A DNA stretch of 64,000 bases from the human T2T-CHM13v2.0 reference genome, Homo sapiens. The DNA is taken from assembly GCF_009914755.1 (NCBI RefSeq), contig NC_060928.1; one strand, 5' to 3'. The translations under genes and the position numbers were made by a program. The notes under the pieces were generated by a model. It made no database searches, was not told the origin of the DNA, and worked only from the letters and a program-made list of their open reading frames with translations. Below, in pieces: positions 61,881 to 64,000 of the stretch; position 1 is the first letter of the stretch; each line of letters begins with the position of its first letter.

Positions 61881-62053
61881 CAGTTGTTCTCAACTCTGAC
61901 TGCACATTGTTGTCATCTGGAAGAAATTTCAAAACACACTAGCTCTCAGGTACAATCCCCAGACTTTCTGAAATAATTAATTTGCGATTGGTTTGACATT
62001 ATTGTTAAAGCCCCACAGTTATCAGAATATACATCTGGTACTAAGAACCATTG
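61881..62053. mobile_element. MER5A/B (hAT-Charlie)
   Basis: TIR-like cagttgttctca ... taagaaccattg, internal gactgcacatt and ccccagact. Confidence 0.7.
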
Positions 62054-64000
62054 CTCTACATGACAATGGCTTGTGAAATAGACCGACAAAATATACAAGT
62101 GATTGCATGAAGAATCAAGCATCACCCAATCAATTTATTGAAGTACGTGTGTACCAAGACAAGTGAAACAAGTCATAATTACTCTAATTAGCATTCCTAC
62201 AAGCTTTCAAAGGCTTTAATGCTAACTACTTTGTAAGTCTAAAAAGGCAAAACTCTTGTCTTGCCTAACAGCATAAAGGAAATCACTGTCTGTAAACCTG
62301 TTAGTGATTAAGAAGATTTTAGTCTGTCAATCCTTGGAGGCAATTACCTTACAAGAGGGCACTCAGTTTGATTTTCCAAATAAAATAGCAACTCATGTTT
62401 AATTATATGGAGACGAAGGAGAAGAAAAAATTTTTTGAATAGATGAAAATTAGATCTATTTTTCCAGACAGGTGAAAAGTAGAAACAGAATATATATAGC
62501 TAGCATAAAACTTTAATCCATCTTAGTTGAGACCTCATTTTTATAGCTCTTTCAGCCATATTTATCCCTAGCAATAGTCCCTGTTCTTAAGTCTTTTTCT
62601 TGGGATATAATTTTCTTATAGAACTTCTTGGAATCTTCTCATGTTGTTTCCACATGAGACATTGCCGTGATGAGATCATTAGTTCCTCTGCTACTCTCAC
62701 TAACAATCTTTGTACATAATTTGTAAGATGCGTTTCCTTCATAATCATTAAGTACTTCACTACGCTGTTCTCAGCATTTTTGTAGATTTAGCAATGTATA
62801 TGATTAATTGTCATTTTGCTTGATATCTTTCTTCCTTATATGTCATGGGTTTATCAAAATACAAAGTATGTATTATTTTTCCTGAGAAGCTATGGTCCTA
62901 CTTAAGGACGTAAATACTTATTGTACATGACTGCTACCTGTTTGCTCTGCCTCTAAGAAATCTTTATACCAAAAGTATCCTTAAGTGATAGTTATCATCA
63001 CTGCCTCTTGCATGTTCCAAAAACAAACACAACACAGAAAACAAAGGGAGGCAAATACTCACCAATTCCCGCTGAATAAAATTTACATTATCTTTTCAGT
63101 CACATTTAATGCATCTTCTCTTCTTTGCTTTTTGTGTTTGTAAGTAAGCCAAACACAAGTATAGGAAATACTTTTAATGGATCGTATATTTTCTTGTCTC
63201 TATGCCTTAGTTCGTGGGTTAAAATAGCCTTTCTTTTCTTTGCATTGATCCACTAGTTAAAATGTTATGTGTTAAATGAAGCTTGTTGGTTCATGAAAAT
63301 AAATTTTTCTCTCCCTCTTTGATGGGACCATAAAAATCTTGCTTATATATTCATTAGTGTGCATATATGTTACTGCTTTTTTCATGAAATTTTAAGCCAC
63401 TTCAAAGCATGAGACCTTGATTTACTGATATTTCAATTTCAGCATAGTTTTTCTTACATAATAAGAACCTTAAAATGACAGTTCAATTCATTTAACTTCA
63501 TTTTACAAACCATATTTAGAAGAAACTTTAAGCTGCATTACTTCAGTATGATCAAATATGTATCTGACTGGTGGTAGATATAAAAGGTCAATTAATATTT
63601 AAATTCCTTGATATTATAAGTATGCTCTATGATAAAATGATAGTTTGATATTACAAATGTTTTCTGCATGAGATAATGGTTAGTCCTTTAAAAGAAAATG
63701 TATGTTTTTATATTATATATACTACTGTATCTTAGTTCTGATTCATTTGTTCATTTTGCACTGAATTTTAACTTACAAGCATTTAAAAGAATATAAAACA
63801 CTCATTTTTAAAATCTTAGGAGTAGATCAAAAAAACTTTTGTAAATTTTACATATGAAAACTTTGCAGCTGGAAGATAAGTAAACTTATAATTAGACAGC
63901 AAACTGACAATTCTTACCATATGCAAATTTGTGATTGGATATGACATTGACATTGGGAAAGCCTAAACCACAAGAATGATTTATTTAAAAAGGCATTTTT

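Overview
AT-rich, gene-poor primate (very likely human or great-ape) genomic DNA made up mostly of interspersed repeats. It contains a CpG-rich solo LTR12C (ERV9) inside an older ERV1 internal fragment and many LINE-1 copies of different ages (L1PA, L1PB1, L1MA/MC/ME), several nested or rearranged. It also has about nine Alus, MaLR LTRs (MST/MLT1), L2/MIR relics and DNA transposons (Tigger3, MER58, MER5). I find no credible host protein-coding gene, tRNA, rRNA or CRISPR array. The recognisable ORFs are decayed L1 ORF1/ORF2 pieces or chance frames in repeats; the short ORFs in unique DNA resemble nothing I know. I see no evidence of a new multi-gene system. The best leads are small structures: a near-perfect 36-bp-arm hairpin in unique DNA (60795-60890), a perfect minisatellite of palindromic units in an old Tigger3 (55268-55430), and an unexplained ~240-bp direct repeat (45246-47019). 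There is also a CpG-preserved E-box/CLEAR cluster in an ancient MLT1 and several unusually clear records of L1 twin priming, template switching and repair-type insertion. Subfamily names come from my recall of consensus sequences, not from a database search, and old-repeat boundaries are approximate.
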